Source: Takakia lepidozioides
Lineage: Eukaryota > Plantae > Bryophyta
Assembly (NCBI GenBank): GCA_030704615.1
Contig: CM060734.1
Location: 14,074,001-14,138,000, forward strand
Direction of reading: 5' to 3'
Length of the DNA stretch: 64,000 nucleotides
The notes below the pieces were generated by a model. That model had not been told where the DNA came from and made no database searches. It saw only the letters and a list, made by a program, of their open reading frames with translations. The position numbers were made by a program, and so were the translations under genes. This document shows, piece after piece, positions 1 to 11,186 of the stretch; position 1 is the stretch's first letter, and each line of letters begins with the position of its first letter.

Positions 1-2954
1 TCGCGCACTGGCCTTGCAAGCGTGGTAAGAAGCACCTGCAGTGGAATAGAATGAATGAAGAAGACATTGAAGACACATTTGGAACGGTGGGAAGTGCTGA
101 AAGTGCAAGCTCAATCAAACCTCATGAAATGTGAATGTTGAAGAGACGAACCTGTGCCCATCGACAAATCCAGAACTCTGGCGTCTGTGTAGGTGCAGCA
201 CTCCACAATCGTTTGAATGAAAGCCGGGCTCCTCTCCCTCGCCCCTCTCCAAGGAACCCCATTCCCCCTTCGCAAGCACACGTTGTTGTCGACGTAGTTG
301 TGATGCATGTCATCCGTGGGGATCTGTCCTGTCATCTATGAACTTGGCCCCATGAGTGATGGCAAACTCGGTAATGCCGGCCGGAGTCGTTTGTGGATGC
401 ACCCGGACGAGACAAACAGCTTCAAATAGACGAGTCTGCGAACATGACATCCACAAGGAACTAAGAAGCAAAAAAAAATCGGGCCCCTACATATGAGTTC
501 GAGCAACCTATACAACCCCATCCGAGAACAACCAAGAAGAGGAAGAAGAAGGCAAACTCACCATCTCTCCCGGACGATCCCCTTTGTAAAGTACATGCTG
601 TTCACACAATTCCATGTCTTCACGACTCTCATGCCCGAGGCTTTCAAATAGCTGGAAAGTGCACGCGACACCGACCGTCGATGGACTGGATGAGCACCAA
701 AACACCTGCATCGGACAGGAGAAGTTGCAAAAGGAGAAAACCCACCGCCAGTAGCGCTCATCAAAAGCATTCCAACCCCGGACAAGCACCCGATGGAGGG
801 ATATCCGGGACTGCCAACCCATCAGGGATGTCCAAGATGATGAGTTCGGCTGCATATGGCTTCTCCTTCCCGTTCACCCAGGATTTGGTCATTTTAGCCT
901 GCAAACAAAAATACAATGGAATTCTCACAAGTTTAGAAACGATCCATGCCCACAGTAGACAAAAACAACAGAAGCCACAGAACCCAAAGAGAACACGCAC
1001 CGTGCTGAGGAACTGCACAATCTTGTCCCACACTGGTGATGGCTCGCCCTTGTAATCAGATTTCTTCGACTCCATCATGGCAAGGAACCCGACGTTGGCC
1101 ATCTACTTTCCATCACACCCAGAAACCCCCTTCAACAGTATGCCACACAACACATTGCAACCACAGCACAAATAAGGTGCAAGAGTGTGCACCTGTAAAG
1201 GCATCGTTTCCAGGCTTCCTCTCCTTTTTCTTGCTGGTCCAGCTCATTTGTTCGACTGATGACCCCCTCCTTGCTGAACTCTCTAAAGAAACAAGAGTGT
1301 CACACTGTGGCTCTCCATTTCCTCATGTATGCTTTGAAGGACACCTTCGGTGCTATCATACTGATGCCATAGTCAGCCAGCTGAGTATGCAGAACCGATC
1401 TGGCCCTTTCTTCCAACTGCAAAACAATACAAATGCAAGAATAAACCCAAAAATCACAGCGAATGTAAGAGGCAATAGAAAGATAAGGACAGGAAAAGAG
1501 AAAAGACAGTGACACAGGGAAGGACATCACACCTGGCTCCAGTAAGTGGCTTTGTGAAGCCAGGTGTCCAGCACATTGTCACTGACAGGAATGACACGCT
1601 GGGTCTTCTTATCTTTCTCCGGCCTTGGGAACATGTGGGTATCCCTAATTGTGGGATCGGAGTTCCATATCTGCAGCCACTTCACCTTTTGTTCTAGAGA
1701 CACAACGGCGGTAGACAACCTGTGCAACTTCTCCTGGGCCATTTCTGGCTTGCCTGGCTTGTTATAATGGTTTTTTATCTCCAGGAGAAACTGCGGTCCG
1801 AATGATGGGTCGGCAATTCTCAACTGCTTCACGAAAGCACTCATTATAGTCCTTCTTGTAGCGGTCATCTCTTTCTGGATGCGACTCTCAACCCCCTTTG
1901 CTGTCCTTCTCTCCTCAGGGGTAGAGCTGTAGTATTCCAGTTTGCCACGCTCCCCTGCATCTGCAATGTCTTGCTGCAAGGGAATGCAAGAGAGTTGCAT
2001 CAGCACAAGGTCAAGGGAAACAAACAGAAACAAACATGTGGAATATGGAAGACCAGATGAAGGAAGATGTATCTCACCGTGTACATGTACTCCATGAAAG
2101 CCTCACGGGTCAACGAGTACCACGTTTCCGATGTCTTGGAGCTTTCGCACTTCTTGTACATCTCCACTGAAAGGATGGTCTTGAAGTTGGTCAAGGGCAT
2201 CTGCCCTATCCTTTGTATCCTATACAGTGTGTGAACCAAACTCGTTTTGACATGCGATGTCTCCGTTCCTCTGCAGAATGATATCTGCAAGTCAGAATGA
2301 CATTCAAGGTCTTCAATCAAAGAAGAACGGAACCACAAGTGGAACATGTAGAATGAGAAACCAACCTGTTCACATCATTCATTGCCGTCAGAAGACCCAT
2401 CATGTTCCCGTCACAATCCAGCACCATCGATCGAACAGAGTAATGCCATGCTTCCTCCTGTGAGTGCAACCTCCCAATGACAGCCATCCATGCAAGCAAG
2501 CGGTGGTTCCCATCCCAAACGTGAAACATCTTTCCCGAGAATGTCTGGGTGGAAGGTTTCCTGGAGAGAAGAAGTTCGAAGGATTCGTTCAGCTGTCTCC
2601 AAATGGGGTCCCAGGAGTCCACGATTGACTGATCCACGAGGAGCTCATTACCTTTGGAATCCCTAGTAGAAACGTAAAAGACTGCGGTTTCATCCAAATA
2701 CCCATGCACAAACTCGGCCTCCAGCTTGAGAATGTCCTTGACGAGGGGTGTACGAACGACGGGCATGGAAACCAACCTACACACGGAATCTTCAACCTCC
2801 CACCCGGAACAAGCATACTTTGCACCACAAGCTGAGAGTTTACCTTCTGACCCCCCAGCATCTCAGCGGCTTTGCTTTCATAGAACTCATCGTCCACATC
2901 AACAATTATCTCCTTCTCCTGACCCGAAGGGACCTCATCTGCCACACTTTGCAT
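1..2954 (-). CDS. Multi-exon ParB/Srx-like domain + beta-class N4-cytosine/N6-adenine DNA methyltransferase-like fusion gene (3' end runs off the window; several frameshifts)
   Basis: N-terminal exon has MFHVWDGNHRLLAW (ParB/Srx DGxHR motif, ~2500-2514). A later exon has ELIILDIPDGL (821-850), in the position of the (D/S)PPY motif IV. The last exons give RERSPAFIQTIVECCTYTDARVLDLSMGT. Splicing GT151..AG36 continues this as GASYHACKASAR, matching KP..L..II...T..GD.VLDPFxGSG(S/T)..AA...GR (motifs X-I). Other clean GT-AG introns include 899-1000 and ~436-560. Confidence 0.72.
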
Positions 2955-3026
2955 CTTCTCCTGCAGGGTTGTTCATTCAACTTGACATTAGAGAGGCATG
3001 AAACGACGGCTGAGGCATGAAAAGTG

Positions 3027-6000
3027 GGCTCAAAGAGTGTGCGTTGACGCACACTATTTTAAGCTGCCAGGTTAGTGTACATTGACCCTCACAGACATGT
3101 CCTATGTTGCCGAATTCCACAGAAAAAGACAATGTAAAACTGGGCTCAAACAGTGTGCGTTGACGCACACTGTTTCACTTGCCATGTAAATGATCATTGA
3201 ACATCTACTTGTGCCAAGTAAGTGTTCATTGTAAACTCCAAGATATTTCATCCTCAGAAACATGCCCTAAATGCCGAATTTAAACCGGAAAAAACACTTA
3301 CATGTTCAACTCAAACAGTGTGCGCCAACGCACACTGTTTGAGCTGCCACTGAATGGTTATTTCATCACCATAAACCTGCCCTGGACGTCCGAATTTCAC
3401 AAAAAATAGTGACATGTACGCTCAGACAGTGTGCGCCAACGCACACTGTTTGAGCTGCCACTGAATGGTTATTTCATCATCATAAAACCTGCCCTGGAAG
3501 TCCGAATTTAAAACCAAAAAACCAGTGACATGTACAGCTCAAACAGTGTGCGCCAACGCACACTGTTTGAGCTGCCACTGAATGGTTATTTCATCATCAT
3601 AAACCTGCCCTGGAAGTCCGAATTTAACACAAAAAAACAGTGACATGTACAGCTCAAACAGTGTGCGCCAACGAACACTGTTTGAGCTACCACTGAATGG
3701 TTATTTCATCCTCAAAACGTGCCCTAAATGCCGAATTTAAACACCAAAAAACAATTACATGTTCAGCTCAAACAGTGTGCGCCAACGCACACTGTTTGAG
3801 CTGCCACTGAATGGTTATTTCATCCTCAAAACGTGCCCTAAATGCCGAATTTAACAAAAAAACAGTGACATGTTCAGCTCAAACAGTGTGCGCCAACGCA
3901 CACTGTTTGAGCTACCACTGAATGGTTATTTCATCATCATAAACCGCCCTAAAGTCCGAATTTAAACACCAAAAAAAAATTACATGTTCAGCCAACGTGT
4001 GCGCCAACGCACACTGTTTGAGCTACCACTGAATGGTTATTTCATCCATAAACCTGCCCTGGAAGTCCGAATTTAAACACCAAAAAACAATTACATGTTC
4101 AGCCAAACGGTGCGCCAACGCACACTGTTTGAGCTGCCACTGAATGGTTATTTCATCCTCAGAAACCCTAAATGCCAATTTTAACACCAAAAAAAGTGAC
4201 ATGTTCAGCTCAACAGTGTGCGCCAACGCACACTGTTTGAGCTGCCACTGAATGGTTATTTCATCATCATAAACCTGCCTAAGTCCGAATTTAACACCAA
4301 AAAACAGTGACATGTACAGCTCAAATAGTGTGCGCCAACGCACACTGTTTGAGCTGCCACTGAATGGTTATTTCATCATCATAAAACCCTGGAAGTCCGA
4401 ATTTAACACTAAAGAAACAGTGACATGTACAGCTCAAACAGTGTGCGCCAACGCACACTGTTTGAGCTGCCACTGAATGGTTATTTCATCATCATAACCT
4501 GCCCTGGAAGTCCGAATTTAACACCAAAAAACAATGATATGTACAGCTCAAACAGTGTGCGTTGGCGCACACTGTTTGAGCTGCCTCTGAATGGTTATTT
4601 CATCATCATAAACCTGCCCTGGAAGTCCGAATTTAACACCAAAAAAACAGTGACATGTACAGCTCAAACAGTGTGCGCCAACGCACATAGTTTGAGCTGC
4701 CACTGAATGGTTATTTCATCATCATAAACCTGCCCTGGAAGTCCGAATTTAACCAAAAAAAACTGTGACATGTACAGCTCAAACAGTGTGCGCCAACGCA
4801 CACTGTTTGAGATGCCACTGAATGGTTATTTCATCCTCAGAAATGTGCCCTTAATGCCGAATTTAAACACCAAAAAAACAATTACATGTTCAGCCCAAAC
4901 GGTGTGCGCCAACGCACACTGTTTGAGCCGCCACTGAATGGTTATTTCATCCTCTGAAACGTGCCCTAAATGCCGAATTTTAACACCAAAAAACAGTGAC
5001 GTGTTCAGCTGAAACAGTGTGCGCCAACGCACACTGTTTGAGCTGCCACTAAATGGTTATTTCATCATCATAAACCTGCCCTGGAAGTCCGAATTTAACA
5101 CGAAAGAAAGTGACATGTACAGCTCAAACAGTGAGTTTTTCGGGCCCATTTCGGCGCCGTTATCGCCTGCACTCTGGGTATTTGGTTGGTGGAGCCCAAT
5201 TACTTTCTTCCAGGGCAGGTTTATGATGATGAAATAACCATTCAGCGGCAGCTCAAACAGTGTGCGTTGGCGCACACTGTTTGAGTTGAACATGTAAGTG
5301 TTTTTTCCGATTGAAATTTGGCATTTAGGGCACGTTGTGAGGATGAAATAACCATTCAGTGGCAGCTCAAACAGTGTGCGTTGGCGCACACTTTTTGAGC
5401 TGTACATGTCACTGTTTTTTGGTGTTAAATTCGGACTTCCAGGGCAGGTTTATGAAAATGAAATAACCATTCAGTGGCAGCTCAAACATTGTGCGTCAGT
5501 GACATGTACAGCTCAAACAATGTGCGCCAACGCACACTGTTTGAGCTGCCACTGAATGGTTATTTCATCATCATAAACCTGCCATGGAAGTCCGAATTTA
5601 ACACCAAAAAACAGTGACATGTACAGCTAAAACAGTGTGCGTTGGCGCACACTGTTGAGCTGTCACTGAATGGTTATTTCATCCTCAAAAACGTGCCCTT
5701 AATGCCGAATTTAAACACCAAAAAAACACATGTTCAGCCCAAACGGTGTGCGCCAACGCACACTGTTTGAGCTGCCACTGAATGGTTATTTCATCCTCAT
5801 AAACGTGCTCTAAATGCCGAATTTAAACAACAAAAAAAACAATTACATGTTCAGCCCAAACGGTGTGCGCCAACGCACACGGTTTGAGCTGCTACTGAAT
5901 GGTTATTTCATCATGCCCTGGAAGTCCGAATTTAACACCAAAAACAGTGACATGTACAACTCAAACAGTGTGCGCCAACGCACACTGTTTGAGCTGCCAC

Positions 6001-9000
6001 TGAATGGTTATTTCATCATCATAAACCTGTCCTGGAAGTCCGAATTTAACACCAAAAAAACAGTGACATGTACAGCTCAAACAGTGTGCGCCAACGCACA
6101 CTGTTTGAGCTGCCACTAAATGGTTTATTTCATACTCAGAAACGTGCCTTAAATGCCAAATTTCAATCGGAAAAAACACTTACATGATCAACTCAAACAG
6201 TGTGCGCCAACGCACACTGTTTGAGCTGCCACTGAATGGTTACTTCATCCTGAGAAACGTGCCATAAATGCCGAATTTTAACTCTAAAAAACACTTACAA
6301 GTTCACCTCAAACAGTGTGCGCCAACGCACATTGTTTGAGCTACCACTGAATGGTGATTTCATACTCAGAAACGTGCCCTAAATGCCAAATTTCAATCGA
6401 AAAAAAACACTTACATGATCAACTCAAACAGTGTGCGCCAACACACACTGTTTGAGCTGCCACTGAATGGTTATTTCATCATCATAAACCTGCCTTGGAT
6501 GTCCGAATTTAACACAAAAAAACACTTACATGTTCAGCTCAAACAGTGTACGCGAACGCACACTATTTGAGCTGCCACTGAATGGTTATTTCATACTCAG
6601 AAACGTGCCCTAAATGCCGAATTTCAATCGGAAAAAACGCTTACATGTTCAACTCAAACAGTGTTCGCCAACGCACAATGTTTGAGCAGCCACTCAATGG
6701 TTATTTCATCGTCATAAACCAACCCTGGAAGTCCGTATTTAACACCAAAAAACAGTGACATGTATAGCTCAAACAGTGTGCGCCAACGCACACTACTTGA
6801 GCTGCCACTGAATGGTTATTTCATCATCATAAACCTGCCCTTGAAGTCCGAATTTAACACCAAAAAAACAGTGACATGTACAGCTCAAACACTGTGCGCC
6901 AACGCACATTGTTTGAGCTGCCACAGAATGGTTATTTCATCATCATAAACCTGCCCTGGAAGTCCGAATTTAACAGCAAAAAAATAGTGACATGTACAGC
7001 TCAAACAGTGTGCGCCAACGCACATTGTTTGAGCTGCCACTGAATGGTTATCCTCGGAAACGTGCCCTAAATGCCAAATTCTAACACTAAAAAACACTTA
7101 CAAGTTCAGCTCAAACAATGTACGCCAACGCACACTGTTTGAGCTACCACTGAATGGTTATTTCATACTCAGAAACAGGCCCTATATGCCAAATTTCAAT
7201 CGGAAGAAACACTTACATGTTCAACTCAAATAGTGTGCGGCAACGCACACGGTTTGAGCTGCCACTGAATGGTTATTTCATCATCATAAACCTGCCCTGG
7301 AAGTCCGAATTTAACACTAAAAAAACAGTGACATGTACAGCTCAAACAGTGTGCGCCAACGCATACTATTTGAGCTGCCACTGAATGGTTATTTCATCAT
7401 CATAAACCTGCCCTGGAAGTCTGAATTTAACACCAAAAAACATTGACATGTACAGCTCAAACAGTGTGCGCCAACGCACTGTTTGAGCTGCCACTGAATG
7501 GTTATTTCACCCTCAGAAACGTGCCCTAAATGCCGAATTTAAACACCAAAAAAACAAATACATGTTCAGCTCAAACGGTGTGCGCCAACGCACACGGTTT
7601 GAGCTGCCACTAAATGGTTATTTCATCATCATAAACCTGCCCTGGAAGTCCGAATTTAACACTAAAGAAACAGTGACATGTGCAGCTCAAACAGTGTGCG
7701 CCACGCACACTGTTTGAGCTGCCACTGAATGGTTATTTCATCATCATAAACCTGCCCTGGAAGTCCGAATTTAACACCAAAAAAATAGTGACATGTACAG
7801 CTCAAACAGTGTGCGCCAAGGCACACTCTTTGAGCTGCCACTGAATGGTTATTTCATCCGCAGAAACGTGCTCTTAATGCCGAATTTAAACACCAAAAAA
7901 CAATTACATGTTCAGCCCAAACAGTGTGCGCCAACGCACACTGTTTGAGATGCCACTGAATGGTTATTTCATCCTCAGAAATGTGCCCTTAATGCCGAAT
8001 TTAAACACCAAAAAACAATTACATGTTCAGCCCAAACGGTGTGCGCCAACGCACACTGTTTGAGCCGCCACTGAATGGTTATTTCATCCTCTGAAACGTG
8101 CCCTAAATGCCAAATTTAACACCAAAAAAACAGTGACATGTTCAGCTGAAACAGTGTGCGCCAACGCACACTGTTTGAGCTGCCACTGAATGGTTATTCA
8201 TCATCATAAACCTGCCCTGGAAGTCCGAATTTAACACGAAAGAAACAGTGACATGTACAGCTCAAACAGTGTGGTTTTTCGGGGCCCATTTCGGCGCCGT
8301 TATCGCCTGCACTCTGGGTATTTGGTTGGTGGAGCCCAATTACTTTCTTCCAGGGCAGGTTTATGATGATGAAATAACCATTCAGCGGCAGCTCAAACAG
8401 TGTGCGTTGGCGCACACTGTTTGAGTTGAACATGTAAGTGTTTTTTCCGATTGAAATTTGGCATTTAGGGCACGTTTGTGAGGATGAAATAACCATTCAG
8501 TGGCAGCTCAAACAGTGTGCGTTGGCGCACACTTTTTGAGCTGTACATGTCACTGTTTTTTTGGTGTTAAATTCGGACTTCCAGGGCAGGTTTATGAAAA
8601 TGAAATAACCATTCAGTGGCAGCTCAAACAGTGTGCGTCAGTGACATGTACAGCTCAAACAATGTGCGCCAACGCACACTGTTTGAGCTGCCACTGAATG
8701 GTTATTTCATCATCATAAACCTGCCATGGAAGTCCGAATTTAACACCAAAAAACAGTGACATGTACAAACAGTGTGCGTTGGCGCACACTGTTTGAGCTG
8801 TCACTGAATGGTTATTTCATCCTCAAAAACGTGCCCTTAATGCCGAATTTAAACACCAAAAAAACAATTACATGTTCAGCCCAAACGGTGTGCGCCAACG
8901 CACACTGTTTGAGCTGCCACTGAATGGTTATTTCATCCTCAGAAACGTGCCCTAAATGCCGAATTTAAACAACAAAAACAATTACATGTTCAGCCCAAAC

Positions 9001-10419
9001 GGTGTGCGCCAAGCACACTGTTTGAGCTGCTACTGAATGGTTATTTCATCATCATAAACCTGCCCTGGAAGTCCGAATTTAACACCAAAAAACAGTGACA
9101 TGTACAACTCAAACAGTGTGCGCCAACGCACACTGTTTGAGCTGCCACTGAATGGTTATTTCATCATCATAAACCTGTCCTGAAGTCCGAATTTAACACC
9201 AAAAAAACAGTGACATGTACAGCTCAAACAGTGTGCGCCAACGCACACTGTTTGAGCTGCCACTGAATGGTTATTTCATCCTGAGAAACGTGCCATAAAT
9301 GCCGAATTTTAACTCTAAAAAAACACTTACAAGTTCACCTCAAACAGTGTGCGCCAACGCACATTGTTTGAGCTACCACTGAATGGTTATTTCATACTCA
9401 GAAACGTGCCCTAAATGCCAAATTTCAATCGGAAAAACACTTACATTATCAACTCAAACAGTGTGTGCGCCAACACACACTGTTTGAGCTGCCACTGAAT
9501 GGTTATTTCATCATCATAAACCTGCCTTGGATGTCCGAATTTAACACCAAAAAAACACTTACATGTTCAGCTCAAACAGTGTACGCGAACGCACACTATT
9601 TGAGCTGCCACTGAATGGTTATTTCATACTCAGAAACGTGCCCTAAATGCCGAATTTCAATCGGAAAAAACACTTACATGTTCAACTCAAACAGTGTTCG
9701 CCAACGCACAATGTTTGAGCAGCCACTCAATGGTTATTTCATCGTCATAAACCAACCCTGGAAGTCCGTATTTAACACCAAAAAACAGTGACATGTATAG
9801 CTCAAACAGTGTGCGCCAACGCACACTACTTGAGCTGCCACTGAATGGTTATTTCATCATCATAAACCTGCCCTTGAAGTCCGAATTTAACACAAAAAAA
9901 CAGTGACATGTACAGCTCAAACACTGTGCGCCAACGCACATTGTTTGAGCTGCCACAGAATGGTTATTTCATCATCATAAACCTGCCCTGAAAGTCCGAA
10001 TTTAACAGCAAGAAAATAGTGACATGTACAGCTCAAACAGTGTGCGCCAACGCACATTGTTTGAGCTGCCACTGAATGGTTATTTCATCCTCGGAAACGT
10101 GCCCTAAATGCCAAATTCTAACACTAAAAACACTTACAAGTTTAGCTCAAACAATGTACGCCAACGCACACTGTTTGAGCTACCACTGAATGGTTATTTC
10201 ATACTCAGAAACAGGCCCTATATGCCAAATTTCAATCGGAAGAAACACTTACATGTTCAACTCAAATAGTGTGCGCCAACGCACACGGTTTGAGCTGCCA
10301 CTGAATGGTTATTTCATCATCATAAACCTGCCCTGGAAGTCCGAATTTAACACTAAAAAAACAGTGACATGTACAGCTCAAACAGTGTGCGCCAACGCAT
10401 ACTATTTGAGCTGCCACTG
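3027..10419 (+). repeat. Tandem array of ~115-bp units (~60 copies), each with a perfect hairpin AGCTCAAACAGTGTGCG-CCAA-CGCACACTGTTTGAGCT
   Basis: Unit starts at 3536 and 3651 give a 115-bp period. Two sub-variants (CATCATAAACCTGCCCTGGAAGTCC vs CCTCAGAAACGTGCCCTAAATGCC). Diverged units at 3027-3180. Internal inversions and a ~3.1-kb higher-order duplication. Confidence 0.97.
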
Positions 10420-11131
10420 TGTCGCGGCCCTTTGCCTTGAGGGCAGGGGGTCGGGACACATGAGGGGCTGCCCCTGTGGTGGGGCAGCGGCAGCGATAGG
10501 TATGGGGGGCTGAAGCACCCTTGAGTGCCCAAGGCACTCAAGGAGGCGGAGGCGCTCACTAGGTGGAGCCCCGCACACCGGGTTGCGGTGGAGGTGGCTC
10601 CACAAGGGGTGGTGGTAGCTTAGTGGGGGTGGCATAGGACTCACCATGGGGTGGAGACCTCGAGGTGGGAGTCGTGGGGAGTCTTGGGACTCATCACGGT
10701 CCATTGGGGCCGCGGTGAGTGGGCCAAGACTCACCGCGACTCACCACCGGGAGTCGAGGGTTTTCGTGGTGGTTCGCCATAAAATGGCATGGCTGGTTAT
10801 GAAACCCCCGCGGACAGCTACAGAAGTATATATAGGGAGTAGTAACCCCGAGAACGGTGCAAGCCCGTTGGTGACCAAAAACTAGTGAGTAAGCGAGCGA
10901 GCCGGAAAGCGACCAAAGAGTGGGGAGCTCTTCCGGACTGCCATCTACCAAAGGGAATTCTCCTAGTCCCAAATAGGTGGAGGGTTTAGAGGGAGGCGGA
11001 AGGGGACCGTTATGTCCCGGTGAGCAGCCGAAACTCCAAGTTGGCCCGGCGGCCAGGTTGGGAGTCAGGCGCGCGCATCAAAGCGAGTAACTATGACTTG
11101 AAGGGAGTTTACCGAACTGAGGTGTGCGACA
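10420..11131 (+). repeat. 5' LTR (712 bp)
   Basis: Starts TGTCGC and ends GCGACA (6-bp terminal inverted repeat). The first ~148 bp recur at 16630-16777. Confidence 0.92.
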
Positions 11132-11133
11132 CT

Positions 11134-11145
11134 TGGTATCAGAGC
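11134..11145 (+). promoter_or_regulatory. Primer-binding site complementary to initiator tRNA-Met
   Basis: TGGTATCAGAGC lies 2 nt after the LTR end. Confidence 0.93.
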
Positions 11146-11186
11146 TTAGAGTTCAGTACGCGATCGTCCTTGGGATTGGCCTCATC

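Noticed and set aside
1-2954. Bacterial or phage contamination as the source of the ParB-methylase
   Set aside because: Multiple canonical GT-AG introns, one of which splits the SAM-binding motif, and continuity with plant transposons.
3027-10419. CRISPR array, or protein-coding ORFs (RQRTLFELPLNGYF repeats) in the satellite
   Set aside because: Linkers are near-identical, so this is a tandem satellite. The ORFs are translations of the repeat with random frameshifts.
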